A stretch of DNA of 46,687 bases from Betaproteobacteria bacterium (lineage in GTDB: Bacteria > Pseudomonadota > Gammaproteobacteria > Burkholderiales > Burkholderiaceae_C): assembly GCA_031394235.1 (NCBI GenBank), contig JANMXG010000398.1, positions 1-46,687 of the forward strand, in the 5' to 3' direction. This document shows, piece by piece, positions 8,750 to 17,847 of this stretch. A program made the position numbers and the translations under genes. The notes beneath the pieces were generated by a model. It saw only the letters and a list, made by a program, of their open reading frames with translations, did not search any database and was not told the DNA's origin. The stretch's first letter is position 1. Every line of letters starts with the position of its first letter.

Positions 8750-9609
8750 GATGACTCCTTAAGTTGGTGGGCTGTCGTCGAGTCAGCCTGCGCTGCCCTG
8801 CCACGCGGGCCGTCGAAAAACTGCCGGATGGCGGGCTCGTCGCGCTGGGCCAACTCGGCCATGGTGCCCACGCCCAGCACCTTGCCGTCGGCCAGCACGG
8901 CCACCCGGTCGGCCACTTGCCACAGGGTGTCGAGGTCGTGGGTGATCATCACGATCGTCAGGCCGAACAGGTCGCGCATCTGCCGCACCAGCGCGTCCAC
9001 GCCAGCGGCGCTGACCGGGTCCAGCCCGGCGGTGGGCTCGTCGAGAAACAGCAACTCGGGGTCGAGCGCCAAAGCGCGGGCCAGTGCGGCGCGTTTGATC
9101 ATGCCGCCGCTAAGCTCGGCCGGGTAGAGCGCACCGACCTCGGGCGCCAGGCCGGTCAGCCCGAGCTTCCAGCCGGCGATCTGGTCGACCAGGTGGTCGT
9201 TCAGCCCGGTGTGCTCGCGCAGCGGCAGGCCGACGATTTCCAGCACGGTGAGTGAGCCGAACAGGCCGCCCTGCTGGAACATCACGCCCCAGCGCTGGCA
9301 CAAGGCCACGGCCTGCGCGGCGTCCAGCGTCAACAAGTCCTGGCCCAGCACGCGGACCTGGCCGGCGTCGGGCCGGTGCAGCAGGATCATCTCGCGCAGC
9401 AGCGTGGATTTGCCCGAGCCGCTGCCGCCGATCAGGGCAAAGATCTCGGCCCGGCGCACGGTCAGGTCCAGCCCGTCGTGCACCCTGTGCTCACCAAAGC
9501 GGGTCGCCACGCCCTGCAACTCGATCACCGTGTCGGTGGCGGTGGCGGTGGCGGTATGGGCTGCGGGATCTGTGGCGATATCGGTGGCTGTTGCGGTGGC
9601 GGGGGTCAT
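8734..9609 (-). CDS. MlaF-family ABC transporter ATP-binding protein
   Basis: Walker A GGSGSGKS, signature LSGGM, Walker B LLFLDEPTAGLDP, ITHD. Confidence 0.93.
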   Translation of the reverse strand: MTPATATATDIATDPAAHTATATATDTVIELQGVATRFGEHRVHDGLDLTVRRAEIFALIGGSGSGKSTLLREMILLHRPDAGQVRVLGQDLLTLDAAQAVALCQRWGVMFQQGGLFGSLTVLEIVGLPLREHTGLNDHLVDQIAGWKLGLTGLAPEVGALYPAELSGGMIKRAALARALALDPELLFLDEPTAGLDPVSAAGVDALVRQMRDLFGLTIVMITHDLDTLWQVADRVAVLADGKVLGVGTMAELAQRDEPAIRQFFDGPRGRAAQADSTTAHQLKESSSTPR

Positions 9610-9610
9610 G

Positions 9611-10840
9611 TCACAGGTCCAGCACGCTGAAGGCCACCGAGAACAGCGCGTCCGCCACGATCACGCCAAAGATGGACTGCACCACGCTGCGGGTGGTTTG
9701 CAGGCCCACGCTGTCGGCGCCGCCCCGGGTGCGCATGCCCTGGTAGCAGCCGATGGTGGCGATGATGGCGGCAAACACCGGCGCCTTGCCGATGCCAGTG
9801 AGGTAGGAGGTGGCGCTGACGGCCTTGACGAAGCGGTCGAGAAAATCCGCAAAGCCCACATCGAGTTGGGCCCGCGCCATGACCATGCCGCCAAACACGC
9901 CCAACACATCAGCAAACACGGTGAGCAGCGGCAAGGTGATCACCAGCGCGGTGATCTTGGGCAGGATCAGCAGCTCTTGCGGCGATATGCCCAACGTGCG
10001 CAGCGCGTCGATCTCCTCGGTCACGGCCATGGTGCCGATCTGGGCCGCGTAGGCCGAGCCCGAGCGCCCGGCGATGATGATGGCGGTGATCAGCGGCGCA
10101 AACTCACGCAGCATCGACAGCCCCACCAAGTCGGCGACAAAGATGTTGGCGCCGTAGCGCCGCAACTGGTCGGCCGCCTGGTAGGCCACCACCACGCCCA
10201 GCAAGAACGACAGCAGGCCGACGATCGGCAGCGCATCGACGCCGGCAGTGCGGATGTTGTGGCCAATCGCCCGCCAGCGCCAGCGCGCCGGGTGGGCAAA
10301 GCAGCCGGCCAGCGCCAACGCCGATTCACCGACAAAGCCCAGCAGGTCGGCAGCGCCTTGCAGCGCCTCGGTGCTGCTGCGGCCCAAGCGGTTGACCAGG
10401 CCGGGCGGCGGCGGCTCTGGTGTGGCGGCAGGTTGTGGCGGCTTTGAGGGATCTGGCGGCCTGGCGTCGGCGTCGGGCTTGTCCACCAGCGCCAGCAACT
10501 GGGCAAAGGCGGGGCGCAAACCCTGCAGCGTCACCTCGACGCCCTGCGCCCGCAGCCGCTGCAGTCCCTGGTGCAGCAGCCAAGCGCCGGCCGTGTCCAG
10601 CGCCTCGACCTGGGTTGCGTCGGCCGAAATAGTGCTGCGTGCCGCTGCCGCTGCCGCTGCCGCGCCAGACTGCGCTTCACGCGGCGCCTCAGGCGGCGCG
10701 TCAGGCGGCGCGCCGGACGGCTGCGCTGCCGGGGCCAGCGACTCGAACAAATCGCGGCCCCGGCCCAGCCCGCGCGCAGTCCAACTGCCCGACAGCGTGA
10801 GCTGCTGCGGGTTGGCCTGGGACAGCGCGGCCGGGTTCAT
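9611..10840 (-). CDS. MlaE-family ABC permease with N-terminal STAS-like domain
   Basis: LDTAGAWLL (STAS); LREFAPLITAIIIAGRSGSAYAAQIGTM..EEIDAL; VGLQTTRSVV. Confidence 0.92.
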   Translation of the reverse strand: MNPAALSQANPQQLTLSGSWTARGLGRGRDLFESLAPAAQPSGAPPDAPPEAPREAQSGAAAAAAAARSTISADATQVEALDTAGAWLLHQGLQRLRAQGVEVTLQGLRPAFAQLLALVDKPDADARPPDPSKPPQPAATPEPPPPGLVNRLGRSSTEALQGAADLLGFVGESALALAGCFAHPARWRWRAIGHNIRTAGVDALPIVGLLSFLLGVVVAYQAADQLRRYGANIFVADLVGLSMLREFAPLITAIIIAGRSGSAYAAQIGTMAVTEEIDALRTLGISPQELLILPKITALVITLPLLTVFADVLGVFGGMVMARAQLDVGFADFLDRFVKAVSATSYLTGIGKAPVFAAIIATIGCYQGMRTRGGADSVGLQTTRSVVQSIFGVIVADALFSVAFSVLDL

Positions 10841-11391
10841 CAGGCGCTGTGCTGGCGCACCCAGGCGGCGTAGCGGTCCATCCAGCCTTGCAAAAACGCC
10901 TTGCTGCCGGCGCCGATGGCGCCGCTGGCATCGAACAGGTCGGGCTTGACCTGGATGAAAGCCTCGGGCTGGTCCAGCGTGGGCACGTCCAGGTAGGCCA
11001 GCACGTTGCGCAGGTGCTGCTGCGCCATCGCCGTGCCGCTGGCGCCGACCGACACCCCCAGCACACCGGCCGGTTTGCCGGCCCAGGCGCTGTGGCCGTA
11101 GGGCCGGGATGCATGGTCGAGTGCGTTTTTCAGCACGCCCGGGATCGATCGGTTGTATTCGGGCGTGACAAACATCAGGCCTTGCGACGCGGCGATGGCG
11201 GCCTTGAGCCGCAGCACCGCAGCGGAGGGCTGGGTGTCGTCATCCTGGTTGTACAGCGGCAGGTCACCGATCTCCAGCGGCTTGAAGCGGAAATCCGCCG
11301 GCGCCAGCGCCGTGATAGCGGTGGCCAATTTGCGGTTGAACGATTCGCGGCGAAGGCTGCCGACGATCACGGCGATCTGGATAGTGCGCAT
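10840..11391 (-). CDS. NAD(P)H-dependent FMN reductase (ChrR/YieF-like)
   Basis: GSLRRESFN, TPEYNRSIPGVLKNALD, GTAMAQQHLR. Confidence 0.93.
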   Translation of the reverse strand: MRTIQIAVIVGSLRRESFNRKLATAITALAPADFRFKPLEIGDLPLYNQDDDTQPSAAVLRLKAAIAASQGLMFVTPEYNRSIPGVLKNALDHASRPYGHSAWAGKPAGVLGVSVGASGTAMAQQHLRNVLAYLDVPTLDQPEAFIQVKPDLFDASGAIGAGSKAFLQGWMDRYAAWVRQHSA

Positions 11392-11483
11392 GGACGCTCC
11401 GGTGAAGGGACTGAGCCGGCGATGCCGGATCTTACAAAGCCGGTCGCAATCATGAGTGTCCTGGATAACGGCGCTGCCGCGCG

Positions 11484-11497
11484 GTTCGCCAGCGCAC
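11484..11497. promoter_or_regulatory. Candidate Crp/Fnr-family palindromic site GTTCG-CCAG-CGCAC
   Basis: 13/14 match to the palindrome at 13141-13154. Lies between divergent genes, with a -10-like TACAAC at 11521-11526 (class II activator spacing). Confidence 0.5.
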
Positions 11498-11606
11498 AGA
11501 CAACAGGGCCGGACGTCCGCTACAACCCACCGCGGGATCCAGAACTCGGCGCTTTTGGGCCGCAGCCGCGGCCTGTCCCCTCCACCCTGCTCGACACACC
11601 CACACC

Positions 11607-12293
11607 ATGAACAAGCTCCCGCTGATGGCCGTCCTGTCCTTGTCTGTGTCGATAGCCGCGAGCGCAGCGGTGATGGGCACGGTCGGCGGCCAGGGGGCTG
11701 GCAGCACCGCCCGCGTCGTCACACGGACCGACGTGCAGAACCTGGCGCTGGGCTGGAGCGTGAAGAAGTCGATCCTGGGCAAGACGGTCTATACCGGCAC
11801 CGGCGACAAGATCGGTACTGTGCTGGACCTGATCATCTCGCCCGACAAGACCGTGTCGTACCTGATCATCGGCGCGGGCGGTTCCATCGGCATGGGCCGC
11901 CACGATGTGGCGTATCCGGTGGCCCAGGTGAAGGAAGACAGCGGCAAGCTGGTGCTGGACGGCGCCACCCGGGACTCGGTCAGGGCGATGCCGGCGTTTG
12001 AGTACGCCACCGACGAGCGCCAGCGCGATCAGTTGGCGGCGCAGGCCGACCAGGACATCGCCGCGGCCCGGGCCAAGCTGGCCTCGCTGGACAGGCAGGC
12101 CAGCGCCGCCACCGCCGACGCCAAGGTCAGGCTCGATGCCCAGACCGTGGCGCTGAAGCGGGATCTGCTGGCAGCCGAAGCCAAGTTGGCAGACCTGCGC
12201 AAGGCCAGCGCCGCCAAATGGAAAGCCTTTGAGGCCGAGGTCAGCGCCGCCACACTCAAGCTGCGCAAGTCAGACAACGGGGCAACCCGCTGA
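11607..12293 (+). CDS. Exported PRC-barrel domain protein with C-terminal coiled coil
   Basis: Signal peptide; GWSVKKSILGKTVY..GDKIGTVLDLII..YLIIGAGG..GRHDVA is typical of PRC barrels. Confidence 0.85.
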   Translation: MNKLPLMAVLSLSVSIAASAAVMGTVGGQGAGSTARVVTRTDVQNLALGWSVKKSILGKTVYTGTGDKIGTVLDLIISPDKTVSYLIIGAGGSIGMGRHDVAYPVAQVKEDSGKLVLDGATRDSVRAMPAFEYATDERQRDQLAAQADQDIAAARAKLASLDRQASAATADAKVRLDAQTVALKRDLLAAEAKLADLRKASAAKWKAFEAEVSAATLKLRKSDNGATR

Positions 12294-12299
12294 ATGCCG

Positions 12300-13088
12300 T
12301 CACATCGTGAGTTCAGCGGGCAGCAGCCGGTTGTACTCGCGGTGCACCACGCCGTAGCACTCACAGGCGCGGCGCTCCAGCCCGGTGCGGTCCAGCACAT
12401 GAATATGGCCGCGGGCATAGCGGATCACCCCGGCGGCCTGCAGCTTGAGCGCGGCTTCGGTCACGCCCTCGCGGCGCACGCCCAGGCGGTTGGCGATCAA
12501 CTCCTGGGTCATCACCAACTCGCTGCCGGGTTGCCGGTCCAGGCTGAGCAGCAACAGGCGGCTCAATTGCTGGTCCAGGCAGTGGTGGCGGTTGCACACC
12601 GCTGTCTGTGCCACCTGGCTGATCAGGGCCTGGGTGTAGCGCAGCAGCAGCAGCATCACCGGTGCTGACCGGTTGAACGCTTCCTTGATCGCCGATCCTT
12701 TGAGCCGGAAGCCCTGGCCTGCGCTTTGCACCACCGCCTGGCTGGGCGTGATGTCACTGCCCATGAACAGCGAGATGCCGACGATGCCCTCGCGGCCCAC
12801 CACAGCCACCTCGGCGCTGGCGCCGCTTTCGGTCACGTACAGCAGCGACACCATCGCGGTGGTGGGAAAGTAGACATGGCTGAGCGGGCGCTCCGGCTCA
12901 TTCAGCACCTGACCCAACTGCAGGGTAACGGGCTCCAGGTGGGCCATCCACTGCTGCCGCTCGTTGTCCGGCAGCGCGGCCAGCAGGTGGTTGCGTCGGG
13001 GGTCGGGCGCCAATGCACGCAGCACCGGGGGCAGGGGCTGGGGGCGCAAGGTGGCTGTGGGTAAGCGGGAGAGCAGGGCGGTCATCAT
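12300..13088 (-). CDS. Crp/Fnr-family transcriptional regulator
   Basis: 3' part of ORF 12300..15953 from ATG 13088. NHLLAALP, HVYFPTTAMVSLL, EVAVVGREG, CNRHH, HTH TQELIANRLGVRREGVTEAA, ACECY. Confidence 0.92.
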   Translation of the reverse strand: MMTALLSRLPTATLRPQPLPPVLRALAPDPRRNHLLAALPDNERQQWMAHLEPVTLQLGQVLNEPERPLSHVYFPTTAMVSLLYVTESGASAEVAVVGREGIVGISLFMGSDITPSQAVVQSAGQGFRLKGSAIKEAFNRSAPVMLLLLRYTQALISQVAQTAVCNRHHCLDQQLSRLLLLSLDRQPGSELVMTQELIANRLGVRREGVTEAALKLQAAGVIRYARGHIHVLDRTGLERRACECYGVVHREYNRLLPAELTM

Positions 13089-13140
13089 GTTTGTCTCGCG
13101 GTGGCCGGTCCAAAACTGGAGATTCAAAGGTAGCCGCTGT

Positions 13141-13154
13141 GTGCGCCAGCGCAC
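13141..13154. promoter_or_regulatory. Palindrome GTGCG-CCAG-CGCAC upstream of the Crp/Fnr gene (candidate autoregulatory site)
   Basis: Perfect 5-4-5 inverted repeat, 52 bp upstream of the regulator start; second copy at 11484. Confidence 0.5.
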
Positions 13155-13241
13155 GTAGGACAACATGACGCCTGGGCGAAAGCGATCTGGCCTTTGTCGT
13201 GAAGGGGCCCGATAGGTGCCAGCGCGCACAATCGCCAGCGC

Positions 13242-14780
13242 ATGCCGACCGATCCTGAAACTGCCGCCCAGGCCGCTGCCAAGCCCGCCGTCCAGGCCGC
13301 CCAGGACGGTGCTGACGGTGCGGCCGGCCCGGCGCCGGCCCCCGCGCAGCACTCTCTGGCCGCGCTGCGCCTGCGCTACGGCCCCAACCACCGCTGGTGG
13401 GTGTTGCTGACGGTGATGATCGGCAACATGGCCGCGCTGATGGCCGCCACCACCATCAACGTCGCGGTGCCGGCCATCAGCCGGCAGTTCGAGCTGGGCC
13501 AGCAGGACGCGCAGTGGCTGGCCACCAGTTTCATGGGTGCGATGACGGTCTCGATGCTGGCCACGCCCTGGCTGTTGCAGCGCTTTGGCTACCGGCGCTG
13601 CTACGTGGTGATGCTGGGGCTGCTGGGCACCGGCGGGCTGGTCGGTGGCCTGGCGCCCAACCTCGGGCTGGTGCTGGCCATGCGCATGGTCGAGGGCCTG
13701 GCCGGCGGCGTGCTGCAAACCATCCCCGGCGTGATCATCATGCATGCCTTTGCCAAGCACGAGCAGGGCCGGGCTATGGGCGTGTTCGGCTTTGGCACGG
13801 TGCTGGCGCCGGCGCTCGGCCCCAGCGTGGGCGGGCTGCTGGTCGACTGGTTTGGCTGGCGGGCGATATTTTTCTTCGTGTTGCCGTTTTGTGCGGTGGC
13901 CGTGGTGCTGGCGCGGCGCTGCCTGCCGCATGTGGCGCCGGGCGGCCTGGCGGTCAACCCGCAGGCCCGCCCGCCCGACGCCTGGAGCCTGCTGATGCTG
14001 ACGGTGCTGCTGGCGGCAATGCTCAACGGCTTGGTCACCTTGCAGGGCGGGCAGACGCTGGCGGGCGGCTTGCAACTGGCGCTGGCCGCTGCGCTGGTGG
14101 CGGGCTTTGTCGTGCGCCAGCGCCAGGTAGCGACGCCGCTGATGCAGATGTCGCTGTACAGCCACCCGGTGTTCCGCCGCGCTGCGTGGGTGGCGGTGAT
14201 CTATGGCGCCGGGCTGTTTGGCTCCACCTACCTGCTGCCGGTCTTCATGCTGGTGGCACTCGGCATGCCGGCGTCCACCGTGGGCGCGGTGCTGCTGCCA
14301 GCGGGGCTGGCGCTGGCCTGCACCATCCCGCTGGCCGGTCGGCTGGCCGACCGGGCGCCGCTCTACCGCACGCTGACCCTCGGCCTGCTGGTGATGACGG
14401 CGTCGTTTGCGGTGATGGTGTTTGTCGGCAGCGGCACGGCCGTGGTCTGGCTGACGGCCTTTGCGGTGCTGGGCCGCATCGGTCTGGGCTGCGTGATCCC
14501 GTCGCTCAGCCTGTCGGCGATGCGGGTGCTGGACCTGCCGCGCATCGCCGCCGGCGCCAGCACGATGAACTTCCTGCGCCAGCTCGGCGGCGCGGTGGGC
14601 GTCAACCTGGTTGGTATTTTGCTGGGTGCACGGCTGCAAACCCATGCCGCGCTGGGCCAGGCCGGCACGCTGCGGGCTTTTCACGAGGTGTTCGTGCTGA
14701 TGGCGCTGCTGACCGGCGCGGCCGCGCTGGCCGCTTGGCAGATGAAACCGGCCCCGCCGCCGCCGGCGTCCCCCGCATGA
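13242..14780 (+). CDS. DHA2 (EmrB/QacA) MFS efflux transporter
   Basis: About 14 hydrophobic segments; TTINVAVPAI, LGPSVGGLLVDWFGWRAIFF, NFLRQLGGAVG. Confidence 0.9.
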   Translation: MPTDPETAAQAAAKPAVQAAQDGADGAAGPAPAPAQHSLAALRLRYGPNHRWWVLLTVMIGNMAALMAATTINVAVPAISRQFELGQQDAQWLATSFMGAMTVSMLATPWLLQRFGYRRCYVVMLGLLGTGGLVGGLAPNLGLVLAMRMVEGLAGGVLQTIPGVIIMHAFAKHEQGRAMGVFGFGTVLAPALGPSVGGLLVDWFGWRAIFFFVLPFCAVAVVLARRCLPHVAPGGLAVNPQARPPDAWSLLMLTVLLAAMLNGLVTLQGGQTLAGGLQLALAAALVAGFVVRQRQVATPLMQMSLYSHPVFRRAAWVAVIYGAGLFGSTYLLPVFMLVALGMPASTVGAVLLPAGLALACTIPLAGRLADRAPLYRTLTLGLLVMTASFAVMVFVGSGTAVVWLTAFAVLGRIGLGCVIPSLSLSAMRVLDLPRIAAGASTMNFLRQLGGAVGVNLVGILLGARLQTHAALGQAGTLRAFHEVFVLMALLTGAAALAAWQMKPAPPPPASPA

Positions 14781-14864
14781 CATCGACGCCCGCCGCGGGC
14801 GGTGCACACTTTCACGCTTGGCGCGCCTTGACGCCACCCCAAAAAACTCCACGGAGACCCCGAC

Positions 14865-16037
14865 ATGGGACCCTTGACCGGATTGCGCGTTGTTGAACTG
14901 GCCAGCATCGGCCCCGGCCCGCTGTGCGCCATGCTGCTGGCCGACCTGGGCGCGGAGGTGCTGCGCATCGACCGCACCGAGCCCAGCGGCCTGGGCGTTC
15001 CAATGGATGTCAAGTTTGATGTCTCGGGCCGCAACCGCCGATCGGTGGCGCTGGACATCAAGCAGCCCGCCGGCCGCGACGCCGTGCTGCGCCTGATCGA
15101 CCGCGCCGACGTGCTGATTGAAGGCTGGCGCCCCGGCGTGGCCGAGCGCCTGGGCCTGGGGCCCGAGGCCTGCCAGGCGCGCAACCCTGGCCTGGTGTTT
15201 GGCCGCATGACGGGCTTTGGCCAGACCGGCCCGCTGGCCCAGGCCGCCGGCCATGACCTGAACTACATCGCCTTGACCGGCGCGCTGCATGCGATTGGTG
15301 CGGGTTCGGGCGGCGGCGCGGCGGGCACTGATAAGCCCATCCCACCGCTCAATCTGGTGGGCGACTACGGCGGCGGAGCGCTCTACCTGGCTTTTGGCCT
15401 CCTGGCGGCGATCTTCGAGCGCAGCCGCTCCGGCCAGGGCCAGGTGGTGGATGCCGCAATGGTGGACGGCGCTTCGTCGCTGATGAGCATCTTTTTTGGC
15501 ATGGCCGCGTCCGGCGCCTGGAACGTCGAGCAACGCGCCGCCAACCTGCTGGACGGCGGCGCGCCGTTTTACGACACCTACGCCACGGCCGACGCCAAAT
15601 GGGTGTCGATCGGCGCGTTGGAGCCGAAGTTTTTTGCCGAACTGGTGCAGCGCATCGGCCTGGACGACAACTACCTCAAGCGCCAGTACGACCGCCGCTG
15701 CTGGCCCGAGATGCGCAAGGCCATCACCGCGCTGATCGCCGCCAAAACCCGCGATGACTGGAGCGCGCTGCTCGAAGGCACGGATGTCTGCTTTGCCCCG
15801 GTGCTGACGCTGACCGAGGCCTCGGCGCACCGGCACGCGCTGGCGCGCGGCGGCCACATCGAGGTGGGGGGCGTGACCCAGCCGGCACCGGCGCCGCGTT
15901 TTTCGCGCAGCCAGCCCAGCCAGCCCACGCCGGCCGTCAAGGCCGGCACCCACACTGACACCGTCCTGGCCGAGGCGGGTTTCAGCCCGGATGAAATCAG
16001 CGCGCTGCGCGCCACCGGCGCGGCGGTAGGAGACTGA
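14865..16037 (+). CDS. CaiB/BaiF family III CoA-transferase / alpha-methylacyl-CoA racemase-like
   Basis: [58 protein letters not shown]. Confidence 0.93.
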   Translation: MGPLTGLRVVELASIGPGPLCAMLLADLGAEVLRIDRTEPSGLGVPMDVKFDVSGRNRRSVALDIKQPAGRDAVLRLIDRADVLIEGWRPGVAERLGLGPEACQARNPGLVFGRMTGFGQTGPLAQAAGHDLNYIALTGALHAIGAGSGGGAAGTDKPIPPLNLVGDYGGGALYLAFGLLAAIFERSRSGQGQVVDAAMVDGASSLMSIFFGMAASGAWNVEQRAANLLDGGAPFYDTYATADAKWVSIGALEPKFFAELVQRIGLDDNYLKRQYDRRCWPEMRKAITALIAAKTRDDWSALLEGTDVCFAPVLTLTEASAHRHALARGGHIEVGGVTQPAPAPRFSRSQPSQPTPAVKAGTHTDTVLAEAGFSPDEISALRATGAAVGD

Positions 16038-16038
16038 A

Positions 16039-17847
16039 TTGACCGATCACAACCCCCGTACCGACAACCCGCACCGCCCACCGCTGCTCAGCCTGCCGCC
16101 GGGCGCACCGCCGCCAGTGGCACGCGCCGCCGCGTCGCTGATCGTGCTGCGCGACGCACCGCGCGGCCTGGAGGTGCTGATGCTCAAGCGCGCCGAACGG
16201 CCAGGCGACCAGAACAGCGGCGCGGCGGTGTTCCCCGGCGGCCTGCTCGACGCCAGCGACCGAGGCCACTACGAGCGCTGCCAGGGCATGATTGATGACA
16301 CCGCCAGCGCCCGCATGGGCCTGCCGCAGGACGGCCTGCACTACTGGGTGGCGGCGGTGCGCGAGTGTTTTGAGGAGGCCGGCCTGCTGTTTGCCAACGA
16401 CGCCAGCGGTGCGCTGGTGGACTTGCACGGCCTGCCGCCGGCCGAGGTGCTGGCGATGCGCCATGCACTGCATGCCAACCAGACCGGCATGGCCGAGGTC
16501 TGTGAGCGTTTTGGCGTGCGCCTGGCGATGGACCGGCTGGCCTACTACAGCCACTGGATCACGCCGATTGGCATGCCCAAGATTTTCGACACCCGGTTTT
16601 TCATCACCCAGGCGCCGCTGGGCCAGACGGCGGTGCATGACGAAAAAGAAACCGTCGAGTTGCTGTGGCTGACGCCGGCCGAAGCGCTGGACAAGGCGCG
16701 GGCGCTCAAACTGCTCAACGTCACCGAGTTGACACTCAAGCACCTGGGCAGCTTTACCCAGGCCGCTGATGCGGTGGCCTGGGCTCGGGCACAAGCGGTC
16801 GTGCCGTTGATCCGGCCGCGCATCGGCCTGGCCGGCAAGGCGCGACGGCCGATCAATCCGGGTGACTGGGCGTTTGCCGAACTCGGCCGCATCGACCCTG
16901 ACGGCCAGGGCACGGCCAGCGTCGAGCTGACGCCGGGCGTGCCGGTCTGGTTGTCGCCCAGGGTGCTGCGGGTCACCGCCGACAACGGCAGCGTGATGAC
17001 CGGCCCGGGCACCAACGCCTACTTCATCGGCGCGCCCGGCAGCGACGACTGGGCCCTGCTCGACCCGGGGCCCGACCTTGCCGGGCACATCCAGGCGCTG
17101 CTGGCCGCCGCACCCGGCCGCATCACCCGCATCCTGGTCACCCACACCCACAAGGACCACTCCCCCGCCGCCGCCGCGATCGCCGCGGCTACCGGTGCGC
17201 CCACCTTCGGCCGGGTCGCAACGTATCCCGAGTGGCAGGACACCGCTTTTTTGCCCACCCACGTGCTGGCCGATGGCGACCGGCTGGCGCTGGGCGACGG
17301 CGTGACGCTGCGCGTGATCCACACCCCCGGCCATGCCAGCAACCACCTGTGCTACCTGCTGGAAGAAGAAAAACTGCTGTTCACCGGCGACCACCTGATG
17401 CAGGGCAGCACGGTGGTGATCAACCCGCCCGACGGCGACATGGCGGTCTATCTGGCGTCGCTGCGCCGGCTGCTCGACGAGGACCTGGACTGGCTGGCGC
17501 CCGGCCATGGCTTTTTGATCGATGCACCGCACACGGTGGTCAACAAGACCGTCGCCCACCGCCTGGGCCGCGAAGCCAAGGTCATGGCCGCGCTGCTCAG
17601 CCTGGCCGCCCACACACCGGTGGCCGAGCAGGTCTTGCTGGCCCAGGTCTACGCTGACACACCCGCCCACCTGCACGGTGTGGCGCTGCGCTCGTTGCGG
17701 GCGCACCTGCTCAAGCTGCAGGCGGACGGCCGCGCACTTCACCTGGCAGACAGCGACAGCGGTCAGCCCGCCAGCGACAGCGGTCAGCCGGCCAGCGACA
17801 GCGGTCAATCGGCCAGCCAGACCGGCGGCACCTGGAGCCCGGTTTGA
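16039..17847 (+). CDS. NUDIX (NUDT19-like) + metallo-beta-lactamase-fold (LACTB2-like) fusion protein
   Basis: Split Nudix box VFPGG...AAVRECFEEAG and WITP..KIFDTRFF; then TGPGTN, THTHKDH, HTPGH, FTGDH, PGHG and a winged-helix-like tail. Confidence 0.88.
   Translation: MTDHNPRTDNPHRPPLLSLPPGAPPPVARAAASLIVLRDAPRGLEVLMLKRAERPGDQNSGAAVFPGGLLDASDRGHYERCQGMIDDTASARMGLPQDGLHYWVAAVRECFEEAGLLFANDASGALVDLHGLPPAEVLAMRHALHANQTGMAEVCERFGVRLAMDRLAYYSHWITPIGMPKIFDTRFFITQAPLGQTAVHDEKETVELLWLTPAEALDKARALKLLNVTELTLKHLGSFTQAADAVAWARAQAVVPLIRPRIGLAGKARRPINPGDWAFAELGRIDPDGQGTASVELTPGVPVWLSPRVLRVTADNGSVMTGPGTNAYFIGAPGSDDWALLDPGPDLAGHIQALLAAAPGRITRILVTHTHKDHSPAAAAIAAATGAPTFGRVATYPEWQDTAFLPTHVLADGDRLALGDGVTLRVIHTPGHASNHLCYLLEEEKLLFTGDHLMQGSTVVINPPDGDMAVYLASLRRLLDEDLDWLAPGHGFLIDAPHTVVNKTVAHRLGREAKVMAALLSLAAHTPVAEQVLLAQVYADTPAHLHGVALRSLRAHLLKLQADGRALHLADSDSGQPASDSGQPASDSGQSASQTGGTWSPV
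17751..17813. repeat. 3 x 21-bp in-frame tandem repeat
   Basis: CAGCGACAGCGGTCAGCCNGC-type units encoding SDSGQPA-SDSGQPA-SDSGQSA at the protein C-terminus. Confidence 0.95.

Noticed and set aside
12300-15953. 1217-aa minus-strand ORF
   Set aside because: Only the last 262 codons (Crp/Fnr) look real. The rest is the antisense shadow of the MFS and CaiB genes, common in high-GC DNA.
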